Shown here: positions 11,595 through 25,113 of the stretch, piece by piece
Layout: each line of letters opens with the position of its first letter
How positions within the stretch are numbered: position 1 is the stretch's first letter
NCBI RefSeq assembly: GCF_039654945.1
Contig: NW_027361921.1
Location: 3,844,001-3,908,000, forward strand
Reading direction: 5' to 3'
Origin: Dendrobates tinctorius
Lineage: Eukaryota
DNA length: 64,000 nt
Position numbers and translations under genes: made by a program
Notes under the pieces: generated by a model
Database searches by the model: none
Told to the model about the DNA's origin: nothing
Seen by the model: only the letters and a program-made list of their open reading frames with translations

Positions 11595-14500
11595 TTACAT
11601 TCAATGTTGTGGCGTCCAAATAAATGTAATTCTGGCGTTATGACTTTTTTTCACTATGCTGTTTAACGATCAGGTTAATCCTTTTTTTGTTGATAGATAA
11701 GGCGATACCAAATATGTTTATTTTTATTTCTTTATGGTTTTATTTTGAAGGGGGCAAAAGGGGGGGTGATTTAAAATTTTAATTTTTTTTATTTTTTAAT
11801 ATTTTTAAAACTTTTTTTTTACTTTTGGCATGCTTCAATGGTCTCCATGGGAGACTAGAAGCTTCCATAACCCGATCGGCTCTGCTCCATAAAGGTGATG
11901 ATCAGATCACCTGTATGTATCAGAATACCTCACTTGCTATGTGTGCCGACCACCGGGCGGTGCTCACAGCAAGGCAGCAGTGACAACCATAGTGGTCTCC
12001 AGGATGCCAAACCATCGGTGACCCGCGATCACGTGACGGGGGTCACCAATCGGCAGATTTCTGGCACGATGGCCATAAGCATGCGTTAAATGCCGCTGTC
12101 AGAGTTTACCAGTGGCATTTAACAAGTTAATAGCCATATGTGAATCGCAATTTCACCGGCGGCTGTTTCGGGCACATGTCAGCTGTTCAAAATAGCTGAC
12201 ATATGCTGGAAAAGACGTGGGCTCACCGCTGGAGCCCACATCAAAAGGGGAGTCACGGCATGCACAGTACATGTATGTCGCATGTTGTGAAAGCGGTTAA
12301 AAAAAGATATAAACTGTAAAAAGAAAATATTTAATGCATTTTGTTATGTGCCTTAAAAAAACACATGATGTCATGTAGCAATACTTATCATGAAATGTTA
12401 GGAATTTGTTTAAATAAGATTCTTAGATTCAAGATGTAATAATTGATTTAATGCAAATCATTTCAGGTTAAATTTTAAGAAATTTGCTGGACTAAATGTG
12501 TGATACAATTGGTATGATTTGACAAAAATATACAACACCACATTACACAAAGTAGATGATGGCATCGGCGATAGAATGCCAACCCCAAGCATGCCTATAT
12601 GTGCATCCCAATAATGCCTTGCAGCTATCACAAGGTTATTGTACTTCTAATAAGGAGGGAATATAGTAGGCTTTATAAAAGCCAGGCCAGAGAAAGCATC
12701 AGCCATTTTAGGGAGAATCTGGTTAGCCAATAAAGGTATCACTCCTTGAATACTTTTCTCAATTTTTTTGTGGACATAAGTATTTACATCTATTTTTCTG
12801 GCTAACATGGTACCACAATATTATTTTGTATTGTACATCATAGGGAGAATCTGGAAATGCAAGGTGACATTAGAGATCACAGTCAAGCAACAGTTAATGA
12901 CGAGAGTAATTCATAAAGCATTGGACTAAACTACAGCATGTAACACGAAGAAAAAACAACAGCATGACAAACGTGCAAAAATACTCTGCTGTAAAAATAT
13001 AACAGTAGACAGCCAGTGCTAGTAAAAAATGATAACAAAAACAGGGTATTTAGTTGATACATTTTTTACAAAAAATGTATACGAAGCCACTGCACCAACG
13101 TCACGGTATACCCATCTCGGAGCAGTCCTGTCTAATGTATTTAAAACCTGATCATGTGAGCAATACCTAAATGAGCAGGATTCAAAAAGGCGCTTCCTTA
13201 TGTAGGCATGCTGTGTAAGAGACGGCTCTTATTAGTTCCTTGCTCAGCAAGGTTTGGGAGATTCCCGCCCCTCTCTTGTGTGACATGCTTTTTGTTTGCT
13301 TTTTTTATCATTTTCATTACATGCTAAAACTGACCTGCCATTAGGATTTTCAAAGTCATTACGACTTTGCAGATACCAAACATGTATAGGTTAGTAAGTG
13401 CTAAAAAAAAATCCAAAGTTTGTGAAAAAAAAAAAAATGTCGCCATATTCCAAGAACCGTAGCATCTCAATTTTTCTGGATCTGGGGCTGGGTAAGGGCT
13501 TATTTTTTGAGTGCCAAGCTGATGTTTTTATTAACCCCTTCATGACCCAGCCTATTTTGACCTTAATGACCTGGCCATTTTTTGCAATTCTGACCAGTGT
13601 CCCTTTATGAGGTAATAAGTCAGGAACTCTTCAACGCATCCTAGCGATTCTGAGACTGTTTTTTCATGACATATTGGGCTTCAAGTTAGTGGTAAATTTA
13701 GGTAAAAATGTTTTGCATTTATTTATGAAAAAAATGGAAATTTGGAGAAAAATTTGGAAATTTTGCAATTTTCAAATTTTTAATTTTTCTTCTGTTAAAC
13801 CAGAGAGCTATGTGACACAAAATAGTTAATAAATAACATTTACCACATGTCTACTTTACATCAGCACAATTTTGGAAACAAAATTTTTTTTGTTAGGAAG
13901 TTATAAGGGTTAAAAATTGACCAGCGATTTCTCATTTTTACAACAAAATTTACCAAACCATTTTTTTAGGGACCATCTCACTTCAGAAGTCGCTTTGAGG
14001 GGTCTATATGGCAGAAAAAAACAAAAGTGACACCATTCTAAAAACTGCACCCCTCAAGCTACTCAAAACTACATTCAAGAAGTTTATTAAGCCTTCAAGT
14101 GCTTCACGGGGACTAAAGCAACATGTAAGGAAAAAATGGACATTTTAATTTTTCCAACCAAAATTTTCCTTTAGCATCAATTTTTTCATTTTTACATGGA
14201 TAACAAGATAAAATGGCTCGTAAAATTTGCTGGGCAATTTCTCCTGAGTACACCGATACCTCATATGTGGTCATAAACCACTGTTTGGGCACATGGCAAA
14301 GCTCAGAAGGGAAGGAGTGCCATTTGACTTTTTGAATGGAAAATATGCTGGAATATTTAGCGGACACCATGTCGTGTTTGGAGAGGCCCTGTGTTCCTAA
14401 ACATTAGAGCTCCCCCTCAAGTGACCCCATTTTGGAAACTAGACCCTCCAAGAAACTTATCTAGATGCATAGTGAGTACTTTGAACCCCCAGGTGCTTCA

Positions 14501-15229
14501 CAAATTGATCCGTAAAAAAAAAGTCCTTTTTTCAACAAAAATTTTCTTTTAGTCTCAGTTTTTTCATTTTCACATGGGCAACAGGGTAATATGGATCTTA
14601 AATTTGTTGGAAAATTTCTCCTGAGTACACTGATACCTCATATGTGGTCATAAACCACTGTTTTGGCGCACGGCATGGCTCAGAATGGAAGGAGCACCAT
14701 TTGACTTTTTGAATGGAAAATATGCTGGAATATTAAGTGGTTGCCATGTCACGTTTGGAGAGTCCCTGTGTGCCTAAACATTGGAGCTCCCCCACAAGTG
14801 ACCCCATTTTGGAAACTAGACCCTCCAAGGAACTTATCTAGATGCATAGTGAGTACTTTAAACCCCCAGGTACTTCACAAATTGATCCGAAAAAAAAAGT
14901 ACTTTTTTTCACAAAAATTATCTTTTAGCCTCACTTTTTTCATTTTCACATGGGCAACAGGATAAAATGGATCCTAAAATTTGTTGGGCAATTTCTCCTG
15001 AGTACACGATACCTCATATGTGGTCATAAACCACTGTTTGGGCGCATGGCAGGGCCCGGAAGGAAAGGAGCGCCATTTGACTTTTTGAATAGAAAATTAG
15101 CTCCAATCGTTAGTGGACACCATGTCGCATTTGGAGAGTCCCTGTGTGCCTAAACATTGGAGCTCCCCCACAAGTGACCCCATTTTGGAAACTAGACCCC
15201 CGAAGGAACTTATCTAGATGTGTGGTGAG

Positions 15230-15539
15230 TAGAGTTGAGCGACTTTGGTCGGATCGGGTTTCATGAAACAAAATTTGTTTCAGATGAAACTGGTCCGACT
15301 TGTGCAAAAAAAGACGGAGTTTCGTCTGAAACCCGACCCCAATGCAAGTCAATGGGAAATAAAGTTGACATTGAGCAGATGACATTCATCCACTCAATGC
15401 CGACTTTTATTCCCCATTGACTTGCATTGGGGTCAGGTTTCGGACGAAACTCTGACTTCTTTTGCCCTAGCGGGACCAGTTTCATCTGAAACAAATTTTG
15501 ATTCATGAAACCCGATCCGACCAAAGTCGCTCAACTCTA
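15230..15539. mobile_element. hAT-type MITE, almost fully palindromic (310 bp)
   Basis: TIR TAGAGTTGAGCGACTTTGGTCGG / CCGACCAAAGTCGCTCAACTCTA; 8-bp TSD GTGGTGAG (15222-15229) / ATGGTGAG (15540-15547). Confidence 0.88.
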
Positions 15540-16634
15540 ATGGTGAGCACTTTGAACCCCCAAGTGCTTCACAGAAGATTATAACGCAGAGCAGAGAAAA
15601 TAAAAAATCTTTTTTCCTCAAAAATGATATTTTAGCCCACTATTTTTTATTTTCACTAGGGTAGCAGGTGAAATTGGACCCCAAAAGTTGTTGTCCAGTT
15701 TGTCCTGAGTACGCTGGTACCTCATATGTGGGGGGAAACCAATGTTGGAATGGAAGGAGCAACATTTGACTTTGATTGGAAAATTAGCTCCAATCATTAG
15801 CGGACACCATGTCGTGTTTGGATAGCCCCTGTGAGCCTAAACTTTGGAGCTCCCCTACAAATTACCCCATTTTGGAAACTAGACCCCCTAAGGAACTTAT
15901 TTAGATGCATAGTGAACACTTTGGACCTTCAGGTGCTTCACAGAAGTTTATAACGCAGAGCCATGAAAATAAAAATAATTTTTTTCCTCAAAAAATGATT
16001 TTTTAGCCCGCTAATTTTTATTTTCACAATGGTAACAGGAGAATTTGGACCACTAAAGTTGTTGTCCATGTTCTCCTGAGTACGCTGGTACCCCATATGT
16101 GAGGGTAAACCACTGTTTGGGCACACGTCGGGGCTCAGAAGGGGAGTAGTGATGTTTTGGAATGCTGAATTGATGGAATGGTCTGCGGGTGTTATGTTAC
16201 GTTTGCAGAGCCCCTGATGTGCCTAAACAGTGGAAACCCCCCACAAGTGACCCCATTTTGGAAACTAGACCGCCGAAGCAACTTATCTAGATGTGTGGTG
16301 AGCACTTTGAACACCCAAGTGCTTCACAGAAGTTTATAATGCAGAGCCATGAAAATAAAAAATCATTTTTTTCCACAAAAATAATTATTTTAGCCCCTAA
16401 TTTTTTTATTTTCCCAAGGGTAACAGGAGAAATTAGACCCCAAAAGTTGCACAATTTTTACTGAGTACCCTGATACCACATATGTGGGGGTAAACCACTG
16501 TTTTGGCACACATCGGGGCTCGGAAGGGAGGGAGCACTGTTTGACTTTTTGAACGCAAAAATGGCTGGAATAAATGGTGGCGCCATGTCATGTTTGGAGA
16601 CCCCCTGATGTGCCTAAACAGTGGAAACCCCTCA

Positions 16635-17015
16635 ATTCTAACTCCAACCCTAACCCCAACACACCCCTAACCCTAATCCCAACCCTAATCATAACCCTAA
16701 CCACAACCCTAACCCCAACACACCCCTAAGCCTAATCCCAACTCTAACCCTAACCCCAAGCATAACCCTAATCCTACCCCAACCCACCCCTTACCCTAAT
16801 CTTAACCATAATTCCAACTCTAACCCTAATTCCAACCCTAATCCCAACCCTAGTTCCAACCCTAACCCTAATTCTAACCCTAATCCTAATTCTAACCCTA
16901 ACCCTATTTTTAACCCTAACCCTAATTCTAACCCTAACCCTATTTCTAACCCTAACCCTAATTCCAACTCTAATCATAACCCTAACCCTTGCCCTAGCCT
17001 TAGCCCTAACCCTAA
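16635..17015 (-). repeat. Degenerate (CCCTAA)n array in family C copy 2
   Basis: CCCTAA, TTCTAA and TTCCAA hexamers. Confidence 0.88.
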
Positions 17016-18646
17016 CGGAAAAATAAAAATATTTTCTTTATTTTATTAGTTGTCCCTACCTATGGGGGTGATAAACGGGGGGTTTATTTACTTTTTTTTA
17101 TTTTGATCACTGTGAGTTTATCACAGTGATCAAAATAAATAAATGAATCTGCAGCTGGCAGAATCCGGCGGGCACACTGCACATGCGCCTGCCATTTTCC
17201 AATATGGCGGCACCCATGATGCGGGACACCGGGACAGCCAGAGGGACAGGAGGTATCGGGGAGGGTGAGGGGGAGAATCAGAAGGCTGGGTGGAGTGGAG
17301 GGAAGGGGGAGGGGAGCTGATGATGACTGCGACGACCGATCGCTGCCGTCAATCGGTGGCCGGGTCCGATCGGTGCTGTTAGTGAGTGGGGAGGGTCTCT
17401 TCGGTGTCTGCAGCCATGGCCGATGCTATTGCAGCATCGGCCATGGCTTGATTGTAATATTTCACCAAATTTCTTTGGTGAAATATTACAATCGCACTAC
17501 GCATGTGCCTGCCATTTTCCAAGATGGCGGTGCCCATGAGCCGGGACATCGGGAGCCAGAGCGGGACTCGGAGGCACCGTGGAAGGTGGGGGGGTGATCG
17601 GACTGCGGGGGGGAGCGGAGGGAAGGGGAGTGGAAGCAGATTGTGATGGCAGTAGCCAATCGCTGCCGTCAGTCCGTGGCAGGGGCCGATCGCCCCCACC
17701 AGCCGGTGTGGGGGGGTCAGATTAGGGTCTGCAGCCATGTCCGATGCTACTGCAGCATTGGCCATGGCTGGATTGTAATATTTCATCAAATTTCATTGAT
17801 GAAATATTACTATCGCTCTGTTTGACTGTTGAAAGTGAAACAGCCAATCAGAGCAATCGTAGCCACGTGGGGGCTAAGCCACCCCCCCTGGGGTGAAGTA
17901 CAAAGCACCCTGTATCTGCGGGTCGGGTGACCCTTCAGTGACCCTGGTCACCCGACCCGCAGGGGGGCTTTGAAGTCATGATGCAGCATATGCGTCATGG
18001 GTCGGATTGGCACCGACTTTCATGACGCATATGCTGTGTCACAGGTCGGGAAGGGGTTAATACTATTTTGGGGTAAATACAATATTTTGATTACCTTTTA
18101 TTGCAATGTTGCGATGATAAAAAAAGTAATTCTCTGTTTTTTATTTATTTTCTCATTACACAACTTACTGATATTTCTTTTTATATTTTGACAGATCAGG
18201 CGTTTCTGAACACAACAAAGCTGTGATCTTCTGATCGCTTGTGATAAACATAGCAAGGCTTCAACCCTGCTATGTGTAGCAGAAATGCTCATCTGCTATG
18301 AATGCCGGCCACTAAGTAGAACTCATAGCAGACTGGCAATGACAAGCACAGGGTTCTTCTGCAGACCCCCGTTTGTCATGCCAACCTATTGGCACCCCGA
18401 GATCAAATGATAGGTGCGCTGATGGGCATAGTTAGTGATGTGTTTCCGGAGCGAGCATGTTAAATGCCGCTGCCAGAGTTTGACAGCAGCATTTAACATG
18501 TTAACAGCTGTAGGTGGATCATAATTCCAGAAAATCAATTGTCATGGGCTGGAAAAGATGCAAGAGCAGCACCGGAGCCCGGATCAAAGAGGGATGCACA
18601 ACATATGACGTACTTATAGTGTATGAGTTTCTCTATCCAGCAATAG

Positions 18647-20251
18647 TGTAAGGCTAGTTTCACACTAGCGTATGGAGAAGCTGTAGAGGGATGCGGACTT
18701 CCTCCGTGAAGCTCTGCCCACTGCTGCATCTCCTCCATTCTGCTCCGCCTATGTCCCCTATCTTTAGCATTAGGTACGCAGGCCATGCCGATGTATGCGG
18801 ATACCTCCGCATGCGTCGTTTTGACGGTGCAGTGATTGCAACAAAATCCAACACGTTGTGTTTGGCGCAGGTTGCTGCACTGTCAAAACGACACATGCGG
18901 AGGCATCCACATACATCAGCATGGCCTGCGTACCCAATGCTAAAGAAAGGGTACGCAGGCCACATGCTGATGTAGGCAGAGCTGAATGGAGGAGGCGTGG
19001 CATTTGGCAGAGTTTCACGGAGGAAGTCCGCATCCCTCCACAGCTCCTCCGTACGCTAGTGGGAAACTAGCCTTACATTGCCAGCAAAGCACTGTTAAAA
19101 AAAGAACCAGGAAGCTTCGGTTCACTGTGTGTGTGTAACTAGAGCGCATTTTACTTTCACTTTGCAGGCTGACTGACAAGATGCTTAGATATCAAGCTAT
19201 AAGAAATACCAGTTGCAAGCTGTGTTATATTTTTTCCTAAACAAATATATTTTCACTGTTCAATGGATGGACAGTACAGAGATTAATCAGCTGACAACAG
19301 GCTGTGGGTCCAGAGATCCAGGGACCCAAAAACCCAAAGACACAGAGAACAGTCCAGAGGAGAAGAACAACAGTGTACTAAGAAGAAGAAGAAGAAGCAA
19401 AGATGGAAACCAGCAACAACTCTGTGAAGTTCACAGTTCCAAATCTGACTAATCAGAACTACCATTCCTGGATTTTCAAGATAAAGATGCTGCGGATAAT
19501 AAAATGTACGTGAAAATACACACAGGAGTCTAAACCTGACCCACCATTAGAAAACTGGGTACAGAAGGATCAAAAAGCACAAAGTACTATCTTCCTCAGT
19601 ATAGATTATGATCAGATTGTGAATGTATGCAAATGTGAAACTGCAAAAGAAATGTGGGAACAGCTGCAGACAGTGCATGAAAGGATAAATCTCAGTATTT
19701 AATGAAAAATCTGTAACAGTCTAAGCTAAAGAAGGGCCAACATATTCAGAATTATATTAGAAATACTCTAGAAACTGTAGAGCACCTGAGGGGCATTAGG
19801 AAAAATCAAAAGGATTTCCATGTTGCTGCACTACTTCTAAACAGTCTACCAAAAAAGCTATTACACATAAATTGTAACTGCACTAGATACGCTCCCAGAT
19901 TATGAGCTTACATTGGAGTATGTCAGAGGAAAATTTATAGATGAGTTTAAGCAAAAGAAAAAAGTGCAAGCAGCAGTGGAGTAACCAAAGCACAATCTGC
20001 TTTAAAAACCCAAGATCTACCCCCGAAAAAAGTAACTTGAAGGACACAAGTGAGTGTTTTTTTCTGAAGGAAATCAGTGTACCTAAAGGCTGACTGTAGA
20101 GTCCAGAAAGCTATAAATGACACAAACTAGCAGAAGGAAAAAAAATCAAAGATGAGATGTACCAGCTGAAATGCAAGGAAAGTGTACACAATGCTAAACA
20201 TGAACAGCATAAGAATTTAATTCGTGTATGGTACAGGTGTCTTGCACATAG
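18647..20251 (+). mobile_element. Degenerate Ty1/Copia element: LTR (18647-19299, split by a MITE), PBS, gag and pre-integrase remnants
   Basis: LTR ends ...GACAACA then GGCTGTGGGTCCAG (copia-type PBS consensus GGTTATGGGCCCAG). Gag remnants LTNQNYHSWIFKIKML and DQKAQSTIFLSIDYDQIVNVCKCETAKEMWEQLQTVHE; broken zinc knuckle ECFF*RKSVYLKADC; VWYRCLAHR resembles WHRRLGH. Confidence 0.75.
18652..19072. mobile_element. PIF/Harbinger-type hairpin MITE inserted at base 3 of the Copia LTR
   Basis: TIRs GGCTAGTTTCACACTAGCGTA / TACGCTAGTGGGAAACTAGCC; flanks TAA / TTA; long internal inverted repeats. Confidence 0.82.
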
Positions 20252-21407
20252 AGCCGAACCCGGACCCCATTCACTTGAATGGGGGGTCCAAACATCCAGT
20301 GTTTGCCACGTTGTCATGCACAAACACTGCTTCTGATCGGCAGTAAAGTCATTACCGCCAGTAAGACAGCCGCAGTTGCCATGCTGTCTAAAAGTTTACC
20401 TCCTGTCACTAGCATGGGTTGATGTGACTACTGCTCCCAAAAAAGATATAGGGTGCACCTAAAACCTGACAAATCAATATGGGTGCAAAAACCTTGCATG
20501 GAAAATGACCATGAATGAAAATTGTTTGCACACCTGAACAATATAAATATCAATTTATTGGAAAACACAAGACACGCTATGCATAAAATCATTTAAAACC
20601 AATACACATATAACAACACCCCCAGACCTGAAACCATGTGGTCCCCCAAAAATATATAATGTCGGCATATAGAAATGCAGTGTGCGGTATATAAACACCA
20701 ATCAATTAGCAAGTAAGGCCAATCATAAAGTTAGAACATGTATCTCATATGTGAGTGCAAAAATTAGCAAGACACAATAAATGTCACAAGCACCAAGATT
20801 GGCAAAAGATACAGGCCCCTACTTATTATAAATGAAACTAGATGAGAAACCATGCAAACTGTATCCTAAGTAAAAAAATGAAAATAGGTGGCCAATGATG
20901 GCCACAGTTATAATTATCAAGCCAGCTGGGGAAAACAACAGGAACCAGCCCAGATAGGCTGAGCCTCACAAAAACATGGGGAACAGGGGTATGGGGAAAA
21001 GCCCCACGCGTAAGCAGCTTCATCAGAAGAAGTGTGTCCCAATTTCCAGAAAGTGAACATATTTATAAGATGCCTGATTAAGTTGCTGGTGAGTGATGAA
21101 GCCACCTGATTCAGGAGAGGAATCCATGTCGCTAGAATGCACAAGCCCAGTGCCGCTGTATCGCGAGACCACAGAACAAAAATCTCGCTCTGGCGTGAGA
21201 TCATTGGACAATGATAACACAAAGCACGCATGCACAGTGACGCAGACCAGTCTGCCAGGCAACAACTAGTTGCCGGGTGTAATTAAATCTGCGTGTGCGC
21301 TATGGAGATGTTGACGTAGGCGCGAATAACACAATTGTCTAAATACAGATGCTGCTCATTCGCCATGTAAATGTCAAAAATTACCGAAAGACAAACTGAC
21401 ATAAAGG

Positions 21408-22355
21408 TGTCATGATCCAGGCTGGATTTGACAGTTTAAATGCATAAAGTGAACTTTTTTTCCCTTGGCTGTGTGCCAAAGTGTGATGTGATCGCCCCCA
21501 GTGGCCATTAGAATTATTACACGTGGTGTCGTTCAATCTAAGTTGCCCCGGTGGTGGTGAGTGGTATCGCACGTTAGTTCTTTGGTTATGTGCACTTAAT
21601 TACAAATCAGGTGTTAGGCTCTATAAAAGGGAGCCAGGTGGGTTCAATCACTGTTGGTGATATTGTGTGTCATTTTGCAAGTAAGCCTGGGGGAGGAAGG
21701 AGCTGAACATGAGTCCTGCGCAGCCCAGCCAGAGGGGACGAGTGGCAGCTAGGTGGTCTGCAAGAAGGGCTGGAAAGGCGTGGTGGAGTCACAGTTTATG
21801 GTGTTGGCAGGAAGTGCTTGCATGGCTTGGTGGAGTGACGACTATGGAGAGAGTTGCACTCAGCATGCGGGACTTGGTTGCTGAGAGCTGGACTCAAGCA
21901 TGCTGGACGTTTTGGCAGAAGCTGAACTCATCTTTGGGACTCTGTTACTGGACAGCTGCAATTGGTGGTGGACTCTGCTCCAAGGCTGCACTATGGTGAA
22001 GGATCCAGTTATGATGATGGATCCGGGTGGAGGAGAAGACGCACGCAGGTGGTGTGCTCTGTTGCTAGGAGCATACGCAACAGAGCAAAGCTAAGTGGTG
22101 TTTCCCCTGTTTTGTCATGTTTCCTCATGTGTATTTTAGTGCAGTGGTGGGATTAGTTTCCACACCGACCAATTCCCTAGTGAGGGTTTAGGCCAGGGCG
22201 AGCTAGGCGTTTTAGGTTCCTGTTGCCCGCCCGGTGCGGAACCGGCTTAGGGAACGTTAGGAGTGCAGGGACACTGGCTCAGGGGAGCTCAGGAGGTCTC
22301 CACTTCCCTATTCCCTATCGCAGGGCCCACCATTGTTAATGTTTCCCAGGTTTCC
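21408..22355 (+). mobile_element. LTR-like fragment inserted in Penelope element 2
   Basis: Starts TGTCATGA, TATA-like CTATAAAAGG at ~21621, G-rich body; no clear 3' CA end or TSD. Confidence 0.45.
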
Positions 22356-22808
22356 CTTATTATTTAAATTCGCCTTACTGGAGACGGGGTTTCCAGACTT
22401 GTATATACGTGTAATGTCTAAATTCGCCAGTTGGAGGCGGTGTATCCAGCTGCACGTGTTTATTATTTAAATTCGCCCCACTGGAGGCGGTGTATCCAGG
22501 GTCACATGCGTCACATGGGTTCGCCTTGCGGTACTCGCTGCGTCCAGACACACGTGACCGTGACAAAAGGGAGGAAGAGCTGGACACATGTCCAGATGAT
22601 GTAAAGGCAGGCACATCGCAAAAGGGCATAGATAAAGTTGTGTGAAACATGTACGCACCCACAAGGGAAACATCATATATTAGATTGTTGCAAATAACAC
22701 AAAATATATAGGAGCGGCACAAAAGTAGAAAAAAACAAAATAATAAAAAAAATATAAAAAATAATAATGATCTACATGCAAAAAATAGTAATGAAAACAC
22801 ACAAAAAG

Positions 22809-22809
<1 letters not shown>

Positions 22810-22843
<34 letters not shown>

Positions 22844-22855
22844 CACACACACACA
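22810..22855. repeat. (TA)n(CA)n microsatellite
   Basis: Seen directly. Confidence 0.95.
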
Positions 22856-23196
22856 TTTCAGAACCCACAAAAATGATGAACAGATGGCATTACAGTCACT
22901 TGAAAAGTAGAGTCTCTGAGCTTGAGTAATTCAGGGTAAATGAGGAGTAGATGGAACATGTATGTATGGTCAGGCCGATGATAATCCAATCCTCCAAAAA
23001 GATGTTCTCCAGACCTCAATAAGCCAAGATAAATGGGAGATATATAGAGATTTAATATGAATCCCTAGAAGAGAGGAAAAGCATGAGCCATCAGGATGGT
23101 CCATAAATAAGCTTCTGGTAAAATCACCAACTTGATCCTGATAACCTAAAAAAAGAGGAATACCTGATGAAACAAATACCCCCCCCAAAAATTTTT

Positions 23197-25113
23197 TTAA
23201 CCCAAAAAAACAGTAAACAAAAGCTCCTTATTTAACCCTGTAGGAGATACAGAATGTAAATTAAAAATCCAACTGGATTCTACTTGGAACAGAAACTTAC
23301 GATTACTGCCACGCCTATTATTTTGGGTAAGCTTCTGCAATCCCACAACCCTAATACCTGATGCATTACCCCTGTGGGCCGACAAAAAATGCGCAGCCAC
23401 AACTCAACTCCTGGGATGTCTGTCCTACATATACTTTGCTGCAAGGACAGACCAGTGCGTAAATAACGTCTCTACTCTTACAATTAATATGAGAACCCAG
23501 AGTATGTCTCTTAGAATCCAGAGGATTAATAAAGGCATCTCGTGTCGGAGACATAATTGGACAAACGTTGCAGTCTCCACATGGGAAAGATCCCTTCAAA
23601 ATAATCCCTCTATTCAATTTGTAAGCTGGGCAAACAAAATGACTTCTTGTCAAAAGATTCCTTAAGCTAGGTGCTCTCCTAGCTGTCAAAAGAGTCCCTG
23701 TACTCATGACCAGAGATGTCTGAGCATCCATAGTGAGGATAGACCAATGCTTGGATAAGACATTCTTTACCTGGGGCCAACTGCTGTTGTACTCAGTAAT
23801 AAAACGAAGGCACGATTTCTGGTCACGGATGCGTGTCGAAAGGAGAGAAGCCTGGTTGTGTTGTCGAGCTCTTTGAAAAGCAGCAGAGATAACTCTCCTT
23901 GGATACCCACGTTTTTTTAAAACGCCCTGCTAAGTCCTGAGCCTGGGAGAAAAAAAATCACGTGTGCAATTCCTTCGGACCCTGAGGAATTGACCAATGG
24001 GCACACCCACCTTAGTGTGCTGTGGGTAGAAGCTCCCATATTCCAACAAATAATTAGTAGCCGTTGGTTTGCAATAGCGGTCAGTCACCAGGCGTGAATT
24101 ATGCACAAAGACGGTTAAGTCCAAGAAAGTAGCAGAACTGGGGGAGATGGAATGGGTTAAGAAGATATTATACAAATTGACATTCAAGCCGTTCAAGAAC
24201 TGAACACATTCAGATTCAGTACCCATCCATAGAAAGAAAATATCGTCTATAAATCGATGCCCATGAGAGACCTGTTTCCAGAAGGTCTCAGAAGAATAGA
24301 TAACTTTTTCCTCCCACCAGCCAAGAAAGATGTTTGTGAAGGCTAGCGCACACCGAGCCCCCATCGCCACTCTGGAGACTTGATGGCAAAATACTCTATC
24401 AAAGATAAAGAAGTTATGGAGGAGAAAAAACTTCAAAAAATCAAGCAAAAACTGATTATGCCCATGGTCAACCCACTCACGCTTATCAAGAAAATATGCA
24501 ACGGCCTCCAACCCATCCTCATGTCTGATGTTTGAGTACAATGACTCCACGTCACATGTGATGAACAAAAAATCTTCTGAGAGAGCAATTTCACAACATA
24601 GTTCAATGAAGTGGGTCGAATCACTAATGAAGGAAAGCAGGGAAGAGGCCAAAGGTTGGATGAAAAAAATCCACATAAGTGGAGACCCTCTCACAAATAC
24701 ACCCAATGCTTGACACAATGGGGTAACCCGGGGGGGTTAGTGGCGTGTTTGTGCACCTTTGGCAGCAAGTAAAAAGTTGAAGTAACTGGATGCTCCACCC
24801 ACATGTACTTGTGTTCATCAGAAGTGATGATACCAAAATGGACAGCTCTATCTAACAGTGTACAAAATTTTCCAAGAAACACGGGCGTGGGGTCCGACGG
24901 AAGTTTATGATAAAACTGGGAATTGTTGAGCTGTCTGCTGGCTTCCTTTAAGTACATGTGGGTGGGCCAAAGCATCACATTACCACCCTTGTCAGCCTCC
25001 TTAATTATAATGGTGTTATTATTCTTGAGAGCACCAAGAGCCTGCTTTTCAGTCAAGGAAAGATTAGGGGAGAAACTCACCCTTGGGATCATGGCAAGAA
25101 TATCATGTTTCAC
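23197..25113 (-). pseudogene. Frameshifted Penelope-type RT plus GIY-YIG endonuclease
   Basis: IIIKEADKGG, FYLLPKVHK, DVESLYSNIRH, AMGARCA, RFIDDIF, FLDL, CGDCNVC, INCKSRDVIYALVCPCSKVYVGQT, ESSWIFNLHSVSPTGLN. Confidence 0.9.

Larger units (their letters stand above)
1212..12296. mobile_element. piggyBac-type non-autonomous element, family A (split by nested insertions 1545-10968 and 11165-11594)
   Basis: Right end ...GTGAAAGCGG|TTAA (12297-12300); eroded left end near 1212. Sequence at 1540 resumes at 10973 across a TTAA-flanked insertion, as shown by the second copy at 13285-13530. Confidence 0.6.
13535..18056 (-). mobile_element. piggyBac-type non-autonomous element, family C, copy 2
   Basis: TTAA (13531-13534) CCCCTTCATGACC ... 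GGTCGGGAAGGGG TTAA (18057-18060); internal ~360-bp tandem repeats and a CCCTAA array. Confidence 0.88.
13285..18625. mobile_element. Second, end-eroded copy of family A (split by 13535-18056)
   Basis: 13285-13530 and 18061-18625 align with 1430-1540 and 10973-12280; ends approximate. Confidence 0.6.

Noticed and set aside
12940-13230. Possible Penelope pLTR fragment containing a short palindrome (ATACATTTTTTACAAAAAATGTAT)
   Set aside because: No ORF, hammerhead core or TSD visible to support a call.
16774-16977. Arg/Val/Ile-rich ORF (also 31312-31524)
   Set aside because: Translation of telomere-like hexamer repeats.
16635-17015. True telomere or chromosome-fusion scar
   Set aside because: The tracts are degenerate and sit at the same internal position in several transposon copies.
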